DNA of 64,000 bases. Source: Acidimicrobiaceae bacterium (GTDB lineage: Bacteria; Actinomycetota; Acidimicrobiia; Acidimicrobiales; RAAP-2). Where the stretch lies: positions 7,135-71,134 of the forward strand of contig PKYA01000062.1 of NCBI GenBank assembly GCA_003133545.1, written 5' to 3'. Positions 35,996 to 44,672 of the stretch are shown here, piece by piece. How positions within the stretch are numbered: position 1 is the first letter of the stretch; every line of letters starts with the position of its first letter. The notes under the pieces were generated by a model. That model did no database searches, had not been told where the DNA came from, and saw only the letters and a list, made by a program, of their open reading frames with translations. The position numbers and the translations under genes are program-made.

Positions 35996-37473
35996 TCGAG
36001 GCACCGGATCGGAGACGATTGATGATCAATAGGCCGCAAAGGTGGATCTCCCTCGCTTTGTTCTCGCTGTTCCTGAGCATTGCGACGGGGCCGTACGCCT
36101 CGGCGGCTACGTCGCCGACGAGAAGCGCGACGACCTTGGCCTCGCCATCGGCCACCTACGACGGAGGCAGCTCCCGTACGGGCTATTCGAGCGATACTTC
36201 GATAACGCCGGCCAACGTGGCGCGGCTCACGCAACGGTGGCACATCACGGAATCTGCGCCGATATCCGGACAGCCGATCGTTGATAGCGGAGTCGTGTAT
36301 TGGGGTGATTGGAACGGTCTCATGCACGCCACATCGTTGACTGGCAAACCACTGTGGTCGACGTCACTCGGCCGATCCGCCAGGCCGCCCGGCTGTCCCT
36401 ATCCTCTGTCCAGTTTAGGAATACTGAGCTCAGCAACGATCGGAACCATCAACGGTCGAAGGGTTGTGTGGGTAGGCGGGGGTAAAGGCCAACTGGTTGC
36501 CTTGAACGCCTCGAACGGCAAGACGATCTGGACAACCAATCTCAAAACGGAACCGGGCGACGCCATTTGGAGCTCACCGGCCTACTACGGCGGCAGCATC
36601 TACGTGGGGGTGGCGTCCTGGCAAGGCTGCCCGGACGAGTTCGGGCGAATCGTGCAACTCAATGCCGCGACGGGGAAAGTGCAGAATGCCATCAACTTCT
36701 CATCGATGTTGCCCAAGAAGTGCGCTGGTCCCGGTGCCTGGTCGTCGCCAGCGGTCGACCCGAGGGACGGATCCATCTTCATCGGCATATCGAATGACCT
36801 CTGTGGCTCGAAATATCAAGACGCCATCGCCAAATTGGATCCCTCGACCCTCGCGATCGAGTCGCTTTGGCAGGTCCCGAGTTCCCAGCATGCTGCCGAT
36901 TCAGATTTCGGCGCCACTCCCATGCTCTTCTCCGCCGACATCGACGGGGTACAACGGCAGCTTGTCGGTGCGGAGAACAAAAATGGCGTCTATTACGCGC
37001 TCGATCGAACCAATCTGGCAGCCGGCCCGGTGTGGCAATACCGGGTCGAATCCAGCGCAGCATATGCAAATGCGTCCTGCAATAACACGATTTCGACCTC
37101 TGCCTGGGCGGGCGCTGGGTTGCCGATCATGGTGGCCGGGGTCACTTTGAGTGGTTCCAAGTGCATCGGAACGATGACGGCGCTCGATCCATCCACCGGT
37201 CAACCCGTTTGGCAAGTGACTCTTCAGGGAGGGGTCGAAGGTGCGGTGACTGAGCTTCCCGGCCTCGTCGTCGTTGGTGCGGGCAGGGACCTGGATGCCT
37301 TGTCGAGTTCCAATGGGGCGACGCTCTTCTCCTACGCCGAACCGGTGCCGCAAAAGGGGGAAAAGGGTAGCTACGGGGCGCCCGAGTATTGGTTCTGGGA
37401 CCCGCCAACCGTCTCCGGGGGAGTCATTCTGGCTGCAAATCAGGACGGCACCCTGCGAGCCTTCGGAATTTGA
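35992..37473 (+). CDS. secreted PQQ-like / BamB-like beta-propeller repeat protein
   Basis: Signal peptide ISLALFSLFLSIATGPYASA. Repeated blades: GVVYWGDWNGLMHA, GKGQLVALNASNGKTIW, GSIYVG, GRIVQLNAATGKV, NGVYYALDRTN, MTALDPSTGQPVW, DGTLRAF. The start overlaps the previous stop (ATGA). Confidence 0.75.
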   Translation: MIEAPDRRRLMINRPQRWISLALFSLFLSIATGPYASAATSPTRSATTLASPSATYDGGSSRTGYSSDTSITPANVARLTQRWHITESAPISGQPIVDSGVVYWGDWNGLMHATSLTGKPLWSTSLGRSARPPGCPYPLSSLGILSSATIGTINGRRVVWVGGGKGQLVALNASNGKTIWTTNLKTEPGDAIWSSPAYYGGSIYVGVASWQGCPDEFGRIVQLNAATGKVQNAINFSSMLPKKCAGPGAWSSPAVDPRDGSIFIGISNDLCGSKYQDAIAKLDPSTLAIESLWQVPSSQHAADSDFGATPMLFSADIDGVQRQLVGAENKNGVYYALDRTNLAAGPVWQYRVESSAAYANASCNNTISTSAWAGAGLPIMVAGVTLSGSKCIGTMTALDPSTGQPVWQVTLQGGVEGAVTELPGLVVVGAGRDLDALSSSNGATLFSYAEPVPQKGEKGSYGAPEYWFWDPPTVSGGVILAANQDGTLRAFGI

Positions 37474-37784
37474 GTCGCACCCGAGTCGGTGCCGGATTGG
37501 TCCGGTAGCAGGTCTCTGTTCGTCAACGGTCCTCGGTCGTGAGGGGCTAACGCACGCTGGGGAGCCCGCTCCCCTCCGTGGCTGGTGCACTGGCAACGGA
37601 ACTATTTGCTTTGCCGTTGCGACGGTCCCCACTGGTCCTCGCGGTATTCGGCCTCGCAACGGTTCCCACCTTGGTCCAGCACCGACGAGCCACTCCGTCG
37701 AATGACATGAGCCTGGCCAAAGTATTGGTGATTCCCATCCTCTGATGTATCCTCAATGCCAGCCGAATGCCTTAGGAGAAACGA

Positions 37785-37895
37785 ATGCGCCAAGCGTCTG
37801 TGTCCATCAAGAAAGGAGAGATCACCTATCGAGAGGGCCTGACGCATCATGCAATCGTTGAACTTGGGAATTTTGGCGCATGTCGACGCCGGTAA
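37785..37895 (+). promoter_or_regulatory. candidate leader uORF (36 codons, MRQASVSIKKGEITYREGLTHHAIVELGNFGACRRR) overlapping the start of the ribosomal-protection gene
   Basis: AGGAG (37774-37778) lies 6 nt before ATG 37785, a better SD than that of the main ORF. The uORF is in the +1 frame and ends at TAA 37893-37895, 47 nt inside the main ORF. It also contains an internal SD-like AAAGGAGAG. Function is inferred only. Confidence 0.3.
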
Positions 37896-39843
37896 GACCA
37901 GCCTGACCGAGCGGCTTCTTTATGCCGCCGGGGTAATCGACCAAATCGGAAGCGTCGACAAAGGTACGACCCAAACCGACTCCCTCGCCTTAGAACGGCA
38001 ACGAGGGATCACCATCAAATCGGCCGTGGTTTCGTTCGTCGTGAACGCCACCGCGGTGAACCTCATCGACACGCCCGGTCACCCAGACTTCATCGCGGAG
38101 GTCGAGCGCGTGTTGAATGTGCTCGACGGCGCAGTCTTGGTGCTATCAGCCGTGGAGGGAGTGCAGGCTCAGGCCCGCGTCCTCATGCGGGCCCTGAAGC
38201 GGCTCAATATCCCCACCCTGCTGTACATAAACAAGATCGATCGCCGCGGCGCGGACGTGCAGAAAGTACTACGCGCCATCTCGGAGAGGCTGACGCCCGA
38301 CATTGCCCCAATGGGTTGTGTCCATGACCTGGGAACCCGCCACGCGGCGTTCGATCCCTACGGTCCGGCCGATCCCGCCTTCTTGGCGAGCTTGGCCGAG
38401 CAGCTCACCCAACACGACGAATCGCTTCTTGCCGACTTCGTTGAAGGTGAAGCGGAGATCTCGTATCGCCGGTTGCGTGCTGCGTTGACCGTCCAGGTGC
38501 AGCACGCGCTGGTTCACCCTGTGTATTGCGGATCAGCCATCACCGGCGCAGGTATCGAGTCCCTCATGTCCGCCATCACCGAGTTGCTGCCGACCGCCAA
38601 CGTCGATGGCGGGCCCGCAAGCGGGGCGGTGTTCAAGATTGAGCGGAGCCCATCTGGGGAGAAGATCGCATTCATTCGAATGTTCTCAGGAGAACTGCGG
38701 ACTCGCAATCGGATCCCGTTCGGACATGATGGCGAGGGAAAAGTGACCGCTGTCAAGGTCTTTCGTCGCGGTTCGGCTGTCCAATCATCCTCCCTCACCG
38801 CCGGGCAGATCGGGAAGGTGTGGGGGCTCTCCGCGATCCAGGTTGGAGATTCCATCGGCTCAGCTCGGCCTCACTTGGCCAGTCGACAGTTCGCACCGCC
38901 CACCCTTGAGACGGCGATCGTTCCATGTATCTCCGACGAAAAGGGCGCCTTGCATGCCGCACTCGCCCATTTAGCAGAGCAGGATCCACTCATCGGTTTG
39001 CGCCAGGATGATCTCCGCCAGGAGTTATACGTTTCGCTGTACGGCGAGGTGCAGAAGGAAATAGTCCGGGACACCCTGCTGGCTGACTTTGGGATTGAGG
39101 TGGAGTTCCGCGAGACGGTCCCCATTTGCATCGAACGCCCCATCGGCGTCGGCTCGGCGGTCGAGGTGCTCGGCCAAGCCGGCAATCCTTTCCTGGCAAC
39201 GGTCGGGTTGCGGGTTGAACCGGCACCTATGCGGTCGGGCATTGAGGTGGTGCTGGATCTCAAGCTCGAATCGATGCCCCGTAACGTGTACAAATCCGTC
39301 GAAGAGTTCCACCGGGCGATGACGGACACAGTGCGCACGACGTTGCGTGAGGGGATCCACGGATGGCAGGTCACGGACTGCCTGGTCACGATGACCGACT
39401 GCGGATACACGTCGCCCGGGACAACCGCAGGTGACTTCTCCAAGTTGACGCCGCTGGTACTCATGGCAGCCCTCAAACAGTCCGGCACGAAGGTGTGCGA
39501 GCCGATCAATCACGTACATGTGGAGCTCCCGGCGGGAACTCGTTCGAAGGTGTCGGCCCTGCTCTCGCGTCTCGGCGTGACGACCGGCGAAACAGAAATG
39601 GGCGACGGCACCGTCACGCTGGAAGGGCAGATCCCCGTATCTCGAACGCACGATCTGCAGCAGCGATTGCCGGTCCTCTCGAGGGGCGAAGGGGTCTTGG
39701 AAGCTTTCTTTGCTGGTTATGAGCCCGTTCGTGGTACTGCACCGGCCCGTCCCCGGACCGATGGCAATCCCTTGAACCGCAAGGAATACCTGCTCCGGCT
39801 CAGCGGCGGGCGGCCGACAACAGGCGGGGTCCACGAGCGATGA
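37849..39843 (+). CDS. ribosomal protection-type tetracycline resistance GTPase (Tet(M)/Tet(O)/OtrA family, EF-G-like)
   Basis: MQSLNLGILAHVDAGKTSLTERLLYAAGVIDQIGSVDKGTTQTDSLALERQRGITIKSAV...LIDTPGHPDFIAEVERVL...INKIDR closely follows the Tet(M) N-terminus. 664 aa with EF-G-like domains II-V. Confidence 0.85.
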   Translation: MQSLNLGILAHVDAGKTSLTERLLYAAGVIDQIGSVDKGTTQTDSLALERQRGITIKSAVVSFVVNATAVNLIDTPGHPDFIAEVERVLNVLDGAVLVLSAVEGVQAQARVLMRALKRLNIPTLLYINKIDRRGADVQKVLRAISERLTPDIAPMGCVHDLGTRHAAFDPYGPADPAFLASLAEQLTQHDESLLADFVEGEAEISYRRLRAALTVQVQHALVHPVYCGSAITGAGIESLMSAITELLPTANVDGGPASGAVFKIERSPSGEKIAFIRMFSGELRTRNRIPFGHDGEGKVTAVKVFRRGSAVQSSSLTAGQIGKVWGLSAIQVGDSIGSARPHLASRQFAPPTLETAIVPCISDEKGALHAALAHLAEQDPLIGLRQDDLRQELYVSLYGEVQKEIVRDTLLADFGIEVEFRETVPICIERPIGVGSAVEVLGQAGNPFLATVGLRVEPAPMRSGIEVVLDLKLESMPRNVYKSVEEFHRAMTDTVRTTLREGIHGWQVTDCLVTMTDCGYTSPGTTAGDFSKLTPLVLMAALKQSGTKVCEPINHVHVELPAGTRSKVSALLSRLGVTTGETEMGDGTVTLEGQIPVSRTHDLQQRLPVLSRGEGVLEAFFAGYEPVRGTAPARPRTDGNPLNRKEYLLRLSGGRPTTGGVHER

Positions 39844-41075
39844 GAGGGACCCCCGGAAGACATGCTGGACGCGAACCGGTAGACCGATCCATCTCCTCGA
39901 CCTTCCTGCGGTGGACTTTCGCACGGGCGCTGTTTCACCGGGGCTACGTATTGGCCTCGGGCCTCTACTTCGTCATCAACGCCCACCTGTCGGGATACCA
40001 GCTCCTGATTCTGGCCACCGTCATGGCAATCACACTGCTGCTGTCGGACATTCCCTTCGGCGTGTGGTCCGATGCGTTCAGCCGCAAGTGGCCACTGGTC
40101 ATCGGCCACGTGTTCCTCGCCGCGGGGATGGTGTTGACCGGCCTCGTCACCGCGTTCCCGCTCCTGCTCGTGACGCAGGTCCTGTGGGGCTTGGGTTGGG
40201 CGTTTTCGACCGGAGCGGATGTGGCGTGGGTGACCGACGAGTTGGACCAGCCCGGGCTCATCGCTCGCGTACTCACGGCCCGGGCGCGTTGGGACCTGAT
40301 CGGTGGAGCGGTAGGCATGACCGCGTTCGGAGTCCTTGGCTGGGCCATCGGCCTGGGAACGGCAATCGTCATCACCGGGGCTGCGATGGCCGTGGTCGGG
40401 GTCTTCGTAGCTCTTCGGTTTCGCGAGGACAATTTCACCCCCGCGAAAGCGCAGAAATGGAAGACCTCGGTGTCGATTTTCCGACGAGGGCTGAGTCTTT
40501 CGCGCCGAGACCGTGAGGTGTTGCTTGTTCTCGTTGCCACAATGCTTGTCAACGGGGCGGCCATGATCTCGTGGGCATTCCCCAAGCAGCTCGTCGATCG
40601 CGGTTTTCCAAGTAGTCCCGTGCTGTGGTACGCCGCCCTTGGAATCCTTTCGTCCGGCATCGGGATTCTTGCCTTGCATTTCGTGGAGGTTCGTATTGAG
40701 GGAGTTGGTGTGGCGCGCCGGACCTATGCGCTCAGCTGTTTCGTCGGGATGTTGGGGCTATTGGTACTGGCTTACGCTCCGAAGGCACTCGAGGGCAGCG
40801 CCGGCATCCTTGTCATAAGCGGCATCACCTTCAACGTCACTCGTACTGTCAGCACCGTTTGGATCAATCGACGGACACCGAGTGACATTCGAGCCACGAT
40901 GCACTCGTTTCTCTCGCAGGCCGAATCGGTGGGAGAGGTCGCCGGCGGAGCCGCTCTTGCCGGTGTGGCCAGCCTGTGGGGGATCGTTCCGACGATCGTG
41001 GCCTCGGGCCTGCTGGTGGCTCTTGCGGGTGTCATCGTCGCAAGGTCCCGTGCTGATCGCAAGGTCCCGTGCTGA
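39840..41075 (+). CDS. MFS transporter, translationally coupled to the ribosomal-protection gene
   Basis: ATGA start/stop overlap at 39840-39843. About 12 hydrophobic segments. Motif-A-like GVWSDAFSRKWPLVIG. Confidence 0.8.
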   Translation: MRGTPGRHAGREPVDRSISSTFLRWTFARALFHRGYVLASGLYFVINAHLSGYQLLILATVMAITLLLSDIPFGVWSDAFSRKWPLVIGHVFLAAGMVLTGLVTAFPLLLVTQVLWGLGWAFSTGADVAWVTDELDQPGLIARVLTARARWDLIGGAVGMTAFGVLGWAIGLGTAIVITGAAMAVVGVFVALRFREDNFTPAKAQKWKTSVSIFRRGLSLSRRDREVLLVLVATMLVNGAAMISWAFPKQLVDRGFPSSPVLWYAALGILSSGIGILALHFVEVRIEGVGVARRTYALSCFVGMLGLLVLAYAPKALEGSAGILVISGITFNVTRTVSTVWINRRTPSDIRATMHSFLSQAESVGEVAGGAALAGVASLWGIVPTIVASGLLVALAGVIVARSRADRKVPC

Positions 41076-41077
41076 TC
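41040..41077. repeat. perfect 19-bp tandem duplication GCAAGGTCCCGTGCTGATC x2 spanning the MFS stop codon
   Basis: Read directly. The second copy is read in a shifted frame, so the protein ends ...ARSRADRKVPC*. With a single copy it would end ...ARSRADHE*. Confidence 0.9.
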
Positions 41078-41507
41078 ATGAATAGGACGTCATCTGCGCC
41101 GATCAAACGAAGCCGAAGACCTTGCGTCGTCCCCGAGACCAGAAAGAGATGAGTTCGCTGGACGCTGCTCGAACAACCGCCAAGGTTCGTCCATCTTGGG
41201 CGTGGGCACGCGGCATCCATGCGGGCAAGTGCAGGTTGGCGCGTCGCAGGTGCAACGCCGGTTTGCCGTCTCCAAGGCGACCGACCAACGCCGCTTGCCC
41301 TGACGGGCGAAGTGTTCCCCAGGGCTGCCGAGGTCGGCTGGGGCACCGAAGGCCCCGTGGCCTGGACCCTCACCGATGGCTGGGCTTGGGTGCGTCACGA
41401 CGAGGCAATCGCTCCGCCTTCTTGAGCCGCTCGGCTCACCCACTAGACGTCTTGGCAGTCCAGGTCTAGTCTTGCCTGGGGTTAGTGGCTTCATAGGCGG
41501 GTGGACG

Positions 41508-43232
41508 GTGGCGGAAATCACACAAGAGGGCGCGCGGCCGCGAGGCGTTTTCATCAGCTACCGGCGCGGTGAGACGAACGGTCAGGCTCGGGCCCTCCAC
41601 GACCAGCTAGCTGGTCACTTTGGCAAGAATCGTGTCTTCATGGACGTAGATTCGATCAGCCCCGGAGCGGACTTCGTCGAAAAGATCAATGAGGCCATCG
41701 ACTCGAGTGGTGTGGTGCTCGTCCTGATCGGACGGGACTGGATCGGAAGCGGCGGTCGCACGCTGAATGATCCGAATGATTTCGTGCGCCTGGAGATCGA
41801 CGCCGCGCTACAGCAGCACGTCCAGATCATTCCCATCCTCGTTGAACGCACACCGATGCCCGACCGAGCAGAGCTTCCCGAGCCCCTTCGCCCTTTGGCC
41901 AATCGGCACGCCCTCGACCTTGAGAATGCGCGTTGGGACTCTGACGTGCAGCGCCTGGTAACCGCTGTGGAGCCGTATGTGGACAGCGAGGCTTCTGTGA
42001 CGGTCCCAGGGGTCGAGCCTCGGACTCCCAAGCAAAGTGAAGGAGTCGCCGGTGAAAAGGCTCGCGGCGTCTCCTTTTCGGGCCGCAACCTCGCCGTGGG
42101 GATAACCGTATTGGTCGTGGTGGTCGCTTTGGTCGTGTACTTCATCACCCGCCCGGGACCCAAGCCGAAGCCGCCCGCACAGCTATCTGTGGCGCACACC
42201 GTTGCCGCGATTGTTCCGGATCGTATGGCAGAGGCATTACTGGGCGCGGAATTCACCGGCCACGCTCTCCCGAGCGGCGTATCGGCTTCCGGCCCTCCGC
42301 TTCTGGGCACCTACCGATTCCAGAATGCGGTTGCGGAAATCGAAGTCCAGCTCTCGGGGTTGGCCCCGAGCATCGGCATCAACTACCTAGTCTTTGACGC
42401 TCCCGGTGCTGCCAAGGCCTATGTGGCGGACACCGACCCAGTGGGTGGCGGCTTTCGAACGACGGGTACATTCGCCTCCCCCGGAATCGGCAACTCGCTG
42501 AAATGCGGTACGTCATATAGAGCGGCCAGCTCAACGAACACTCAGCTCTGGTCCTCTGACTGCCTGACAGCGAGTGCCAACGTGGTCGACTTCGTGTACG
42601 TCGGTACTTCCTCCAAGAAAACGACCGCTGACGACGCGCTCGTGGCGAAACTGACCGAAGATGCCCTCCGTCACGTGGGGAGCGTGGCGGCAACGGCACC
42701 CAAGGCGCCGCTGGTGCCTCCTCCGGGGTCGCTCAATCCTGACGCACAATTCGCGCAGATCCGCAACGCCACCTTCAACACGGCGTTCGAGCCCGATGGG
42801 CTGACGAACCCGGTGGTTGCGTCCTTCAGCGCGGGAACGGACCCGCCAACCGGCCTGATCAACGGCTCGTACATCACCGCCACCTTCACGGGACCGGACC
42901 ACGAAGACGTCCTCTATTTCTACATTTTCGATACTGCGCAAGACGCAGGGACCTGGTTCAACACCACGCCGGTACTGCACGGCGCGACGACGACGAGCGT
43001 GCCGCTGGATTGTTCTGGCTTTTCCCAGCAGGCCCAGTGTGCAAATTATTCGTTGCCCGCAAGCGGTACGGTGCCGGTCCTCGGACTTTCCCAATGTCAG
43101 GTCCTGTGGGGCAACGTCGTGATCTTCGGCGACTCCGAAAGCACGACGAACACCCAAGCGGGTACGGGCGACATTGCCGTTACATTGGCCCGCTCCGGTG
43201 TCATGTATCTGGACCAGCTGGGCGGTTCGTAG
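41508..43232 (+). CDS. TIR domain protein with one TM helix and a duplicated extracytoplasmic C-terminal module
   Basis: GVFISYRRGETNGQARALHDQLAGHFGKNRVFMDVDSISPGADFVEKINEAIDSSGVVLVLIGRDW...DFVRLEIDAAL...IIPILVE (TIR_2-like). TM LAVGITVLVVVVALVVYFIT. Two related ~170-aa modules follow. GTG 41508 is preferred over ATG 41376 because the first 44 aa look non-coding. Confidence 0.8.
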   Translation: MAEITQEGARPRGVFISYRRGETNGQARALHDQLAGHFGKNRVFMDVDSISPGADFVEKINEAIDSSGVVLVLIGRDWIGSGGRTLNDPNDFVRLEIDAALQQHVQIIPILVERTPMPDRAELPEPLRPLANRHALDLENARWDSDVQRLVTAVEPYVDSEASVTVPGVEPRTPKQSEGVAGEKARGVSFSGRNLAVGITVLVVVVALVVYFITRPGPKPKPPAQLSVAHTVAAIVPDRMAEALLGAEFTGHALPSGVSASGPPLLGTYRFQNAVAEIEVQLSGLAPSIGINYLVFDAPGAAKAYVADTDPVGGGFRTTGTFASPGIGNSLKCGTSYRAASSTNTQLWSSDCLTASANVVDFVYVGTSSKKTTADDALVAKLTEDALRHVGSVAATAPKAPLVPPPGSLNPDAQFAQIRNATFNTAFEPDGLTNPVVASFSAGTDPPTGLINGSYITATFTGPDHEDVLYFYIFDTAQDAGTWFNTTPVLHGATTTSVPLDCSGFSQQAQCANYSLPASGTVPVLGLSQCQVLWGNVVIFGDSESTTNTQAGTGDIAVTLARSGVMYLDQLGGS

Positions 43233-43383
43233 GGGGAACCCATAGGTCGGAGCACCTGAGTGGTTTCGCCAATTCGCCGAGAGCACCGGGGAGCGAAGCT
43301 TGTCTCCGGCGGAGATTCTGGCCTGAGGCCGGCGCCCACTCCCCGTTTTGGGGTCCTTGTCCCCGTGACAAGATGGTGGGTCA

Positions 43384-44661
43384 ATGAGCGACTTGCCCCA
43401 GCGTGCCGCCTCGATAGTACGCCGCGGCAAGGGCGTCAATCCGCATGTGCCCAAGGGTTGGCGATTGGTGCTCGTCATCGGGGGCTTGTCGATCTTCGGA
43501 CCCCTGAGCATCGACATGTACCTCCCGTCCCTGCCCCGAATAAGCCGCGATCTCCATGCCAGCACTTCAGCGGTGCAGCTCACGATCACCGCGTGTTTGA
43601 TCGGCATCGCGGTCGGACAGCTGGTCATCGGACCGGTCAGCGATCGTCATGGGCGACGAGGCCCCCTCTTGGCCGGGATATGTGCCTTCGTGCTCTCGTC
43701 GCTGGCGTGCACCATCGTGCAGAATGTCTACGTTCTCGATGCGCTGCGTTTCATGCAGGGGCTCGGTGGCGCGGCGGGGATCGTCATCTCCCGCGCGATC
43801 GTCCGGGATCTCTTCGAAGGGGTGAAAGCGGCACGCTTCTTTTCGACCCTGATGCTGGCCACCGGTGTGGGGCCAATTCTGGCGCCGCAGTTTGGCGCCG
43901 AGATCCTCCGGGTCACGTCGTGGCGCGGCATCTTCGTGGCCCTGGCGATCATCGCCTCGGCGCTCTTCGTCAGCGCCCTGTTCAACGTCCCCGAGACCCT
44001 TCCGCCGGATCGCCGTAACGCGGGCGGTATGCGCTCGACGATCCGGACGCTCTGGATCGTGGGTCGGGATCGCTCGTTCATAAGCTACGCGCTCGTTCTC
44101 ACGCTTGGCTTCGGTGCGGTATTCGCCTACATCGCGGGATCACCGTTCGTGCTCCAAGATGTGTACGGGCTCTCGCCCCAGGTGTTCGGTTTCGTGTTCG
44201 CCATCAACGCGGTCGGGCTTGTCCTCGGGGCCCAGATCAACGGCCACCTGCTCCACCGCTTCGGCAGCGGCCCGTTGCTCAGTGTGGGCTTGATCCTCAT
44301 GGGAGTGGGGGGTTTGGTGTTCCTCGCCGACGTGGCAACCCGATGGATCGGGCTCCCCCTCATATTGCCTTCGTTGTTCACCACCATGTTCGGCCTGGGG
44401 TTCGTCGGACCCAACAGCATGGCGCTGGCCCTGCAGAACCATCCCAACGCAGCCGGAGCCGCATCAGCCCTGCTCGGGAGCGCGCAGTTCCTGTTCGCCG
44501 CTGCGGTGGCACCGATCGTCGGTGTCGCCGGAAGTCATACCGCGTTGCCCATGGCACTGGTCATGGCCGCGCTCGCTTCTGTTGCCGTGATCGTCCGTTT
44601 CACGTTTCCACGGGGCGCACCCGCGGTGCCGATCCCGGTGGACGCGGCGCCCGTCCTCTAG
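43384..44661 (+). CDS. MFS drug efflux transporter, Bcr/CflA (DHA1) subfamily
   Basis: GGLSIFGPLSIDMYLPSLPRISRDL, GQLVIGPVSDRHGRRGPLLAG (motif A), 12 TM pattern. Confidence 0.85.
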   Translation: MSDLPQRAASIVRRGKGVNPHVPKGWRLVLVIGGLSIFGPLSIDMYLPSLPRISRDLHASTSAVQLTITACLIGIAVGQLVIGPVSDRHGRRGPLLAGICAFVLSSLACTIVQNVYVLDALRFMQGLGGAAGIVISRAIVRDLFEGVKAARFFSTLMLATGVGPILAPQFGAEILRVTSWRGIFVALAIIASALFVSALFNVPETLPPDRRNAGGMRSTIRTLWIVGRDRSFISYALVLTLGFGAVFAYIAGSPFVLQDVYGLSPQVFGFVFAINAVGLVLGAQINGHLLHRFGSGPLLSVGLILMGVGGLVFLADVATRWIGLPLILPSLFTTMFGLGFVGPNSMALALQNHPNAAGAASALLGSAQFLFAAAVAPIVGVAGSHTALPMALVMAALASVAVIVRFTFPRGAPAVPIPVDAAPVL

Positions 44662-44672
44662 GCCCCCAATCC

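Noticed and set aside
37849-39843. Alternative call as housekeeping elongation factor G
   Set aside because: The N-terminus (LGILAHVDAGKTSLTERLLY...GSVDKGTTQTDSLALERQRGITI) follows the Tet(M)/Tet(O) pattern rather than EF-G (NIGIxAHIDAGKTTTTERIL). The length is ~660 aa. The gene lies outside any str operon context and is coupled to an MFS pump.
41090-41554. ORFs in the spacer upstream of the TIR gene (41090-41554 -, 41122-41469 +, 41219-41425 +)
   Set aside because: The translations are Arg/Pro/Cys-rich without motifs, and no SD-start pairs are present. Treated as non-coding or decayed sequence.
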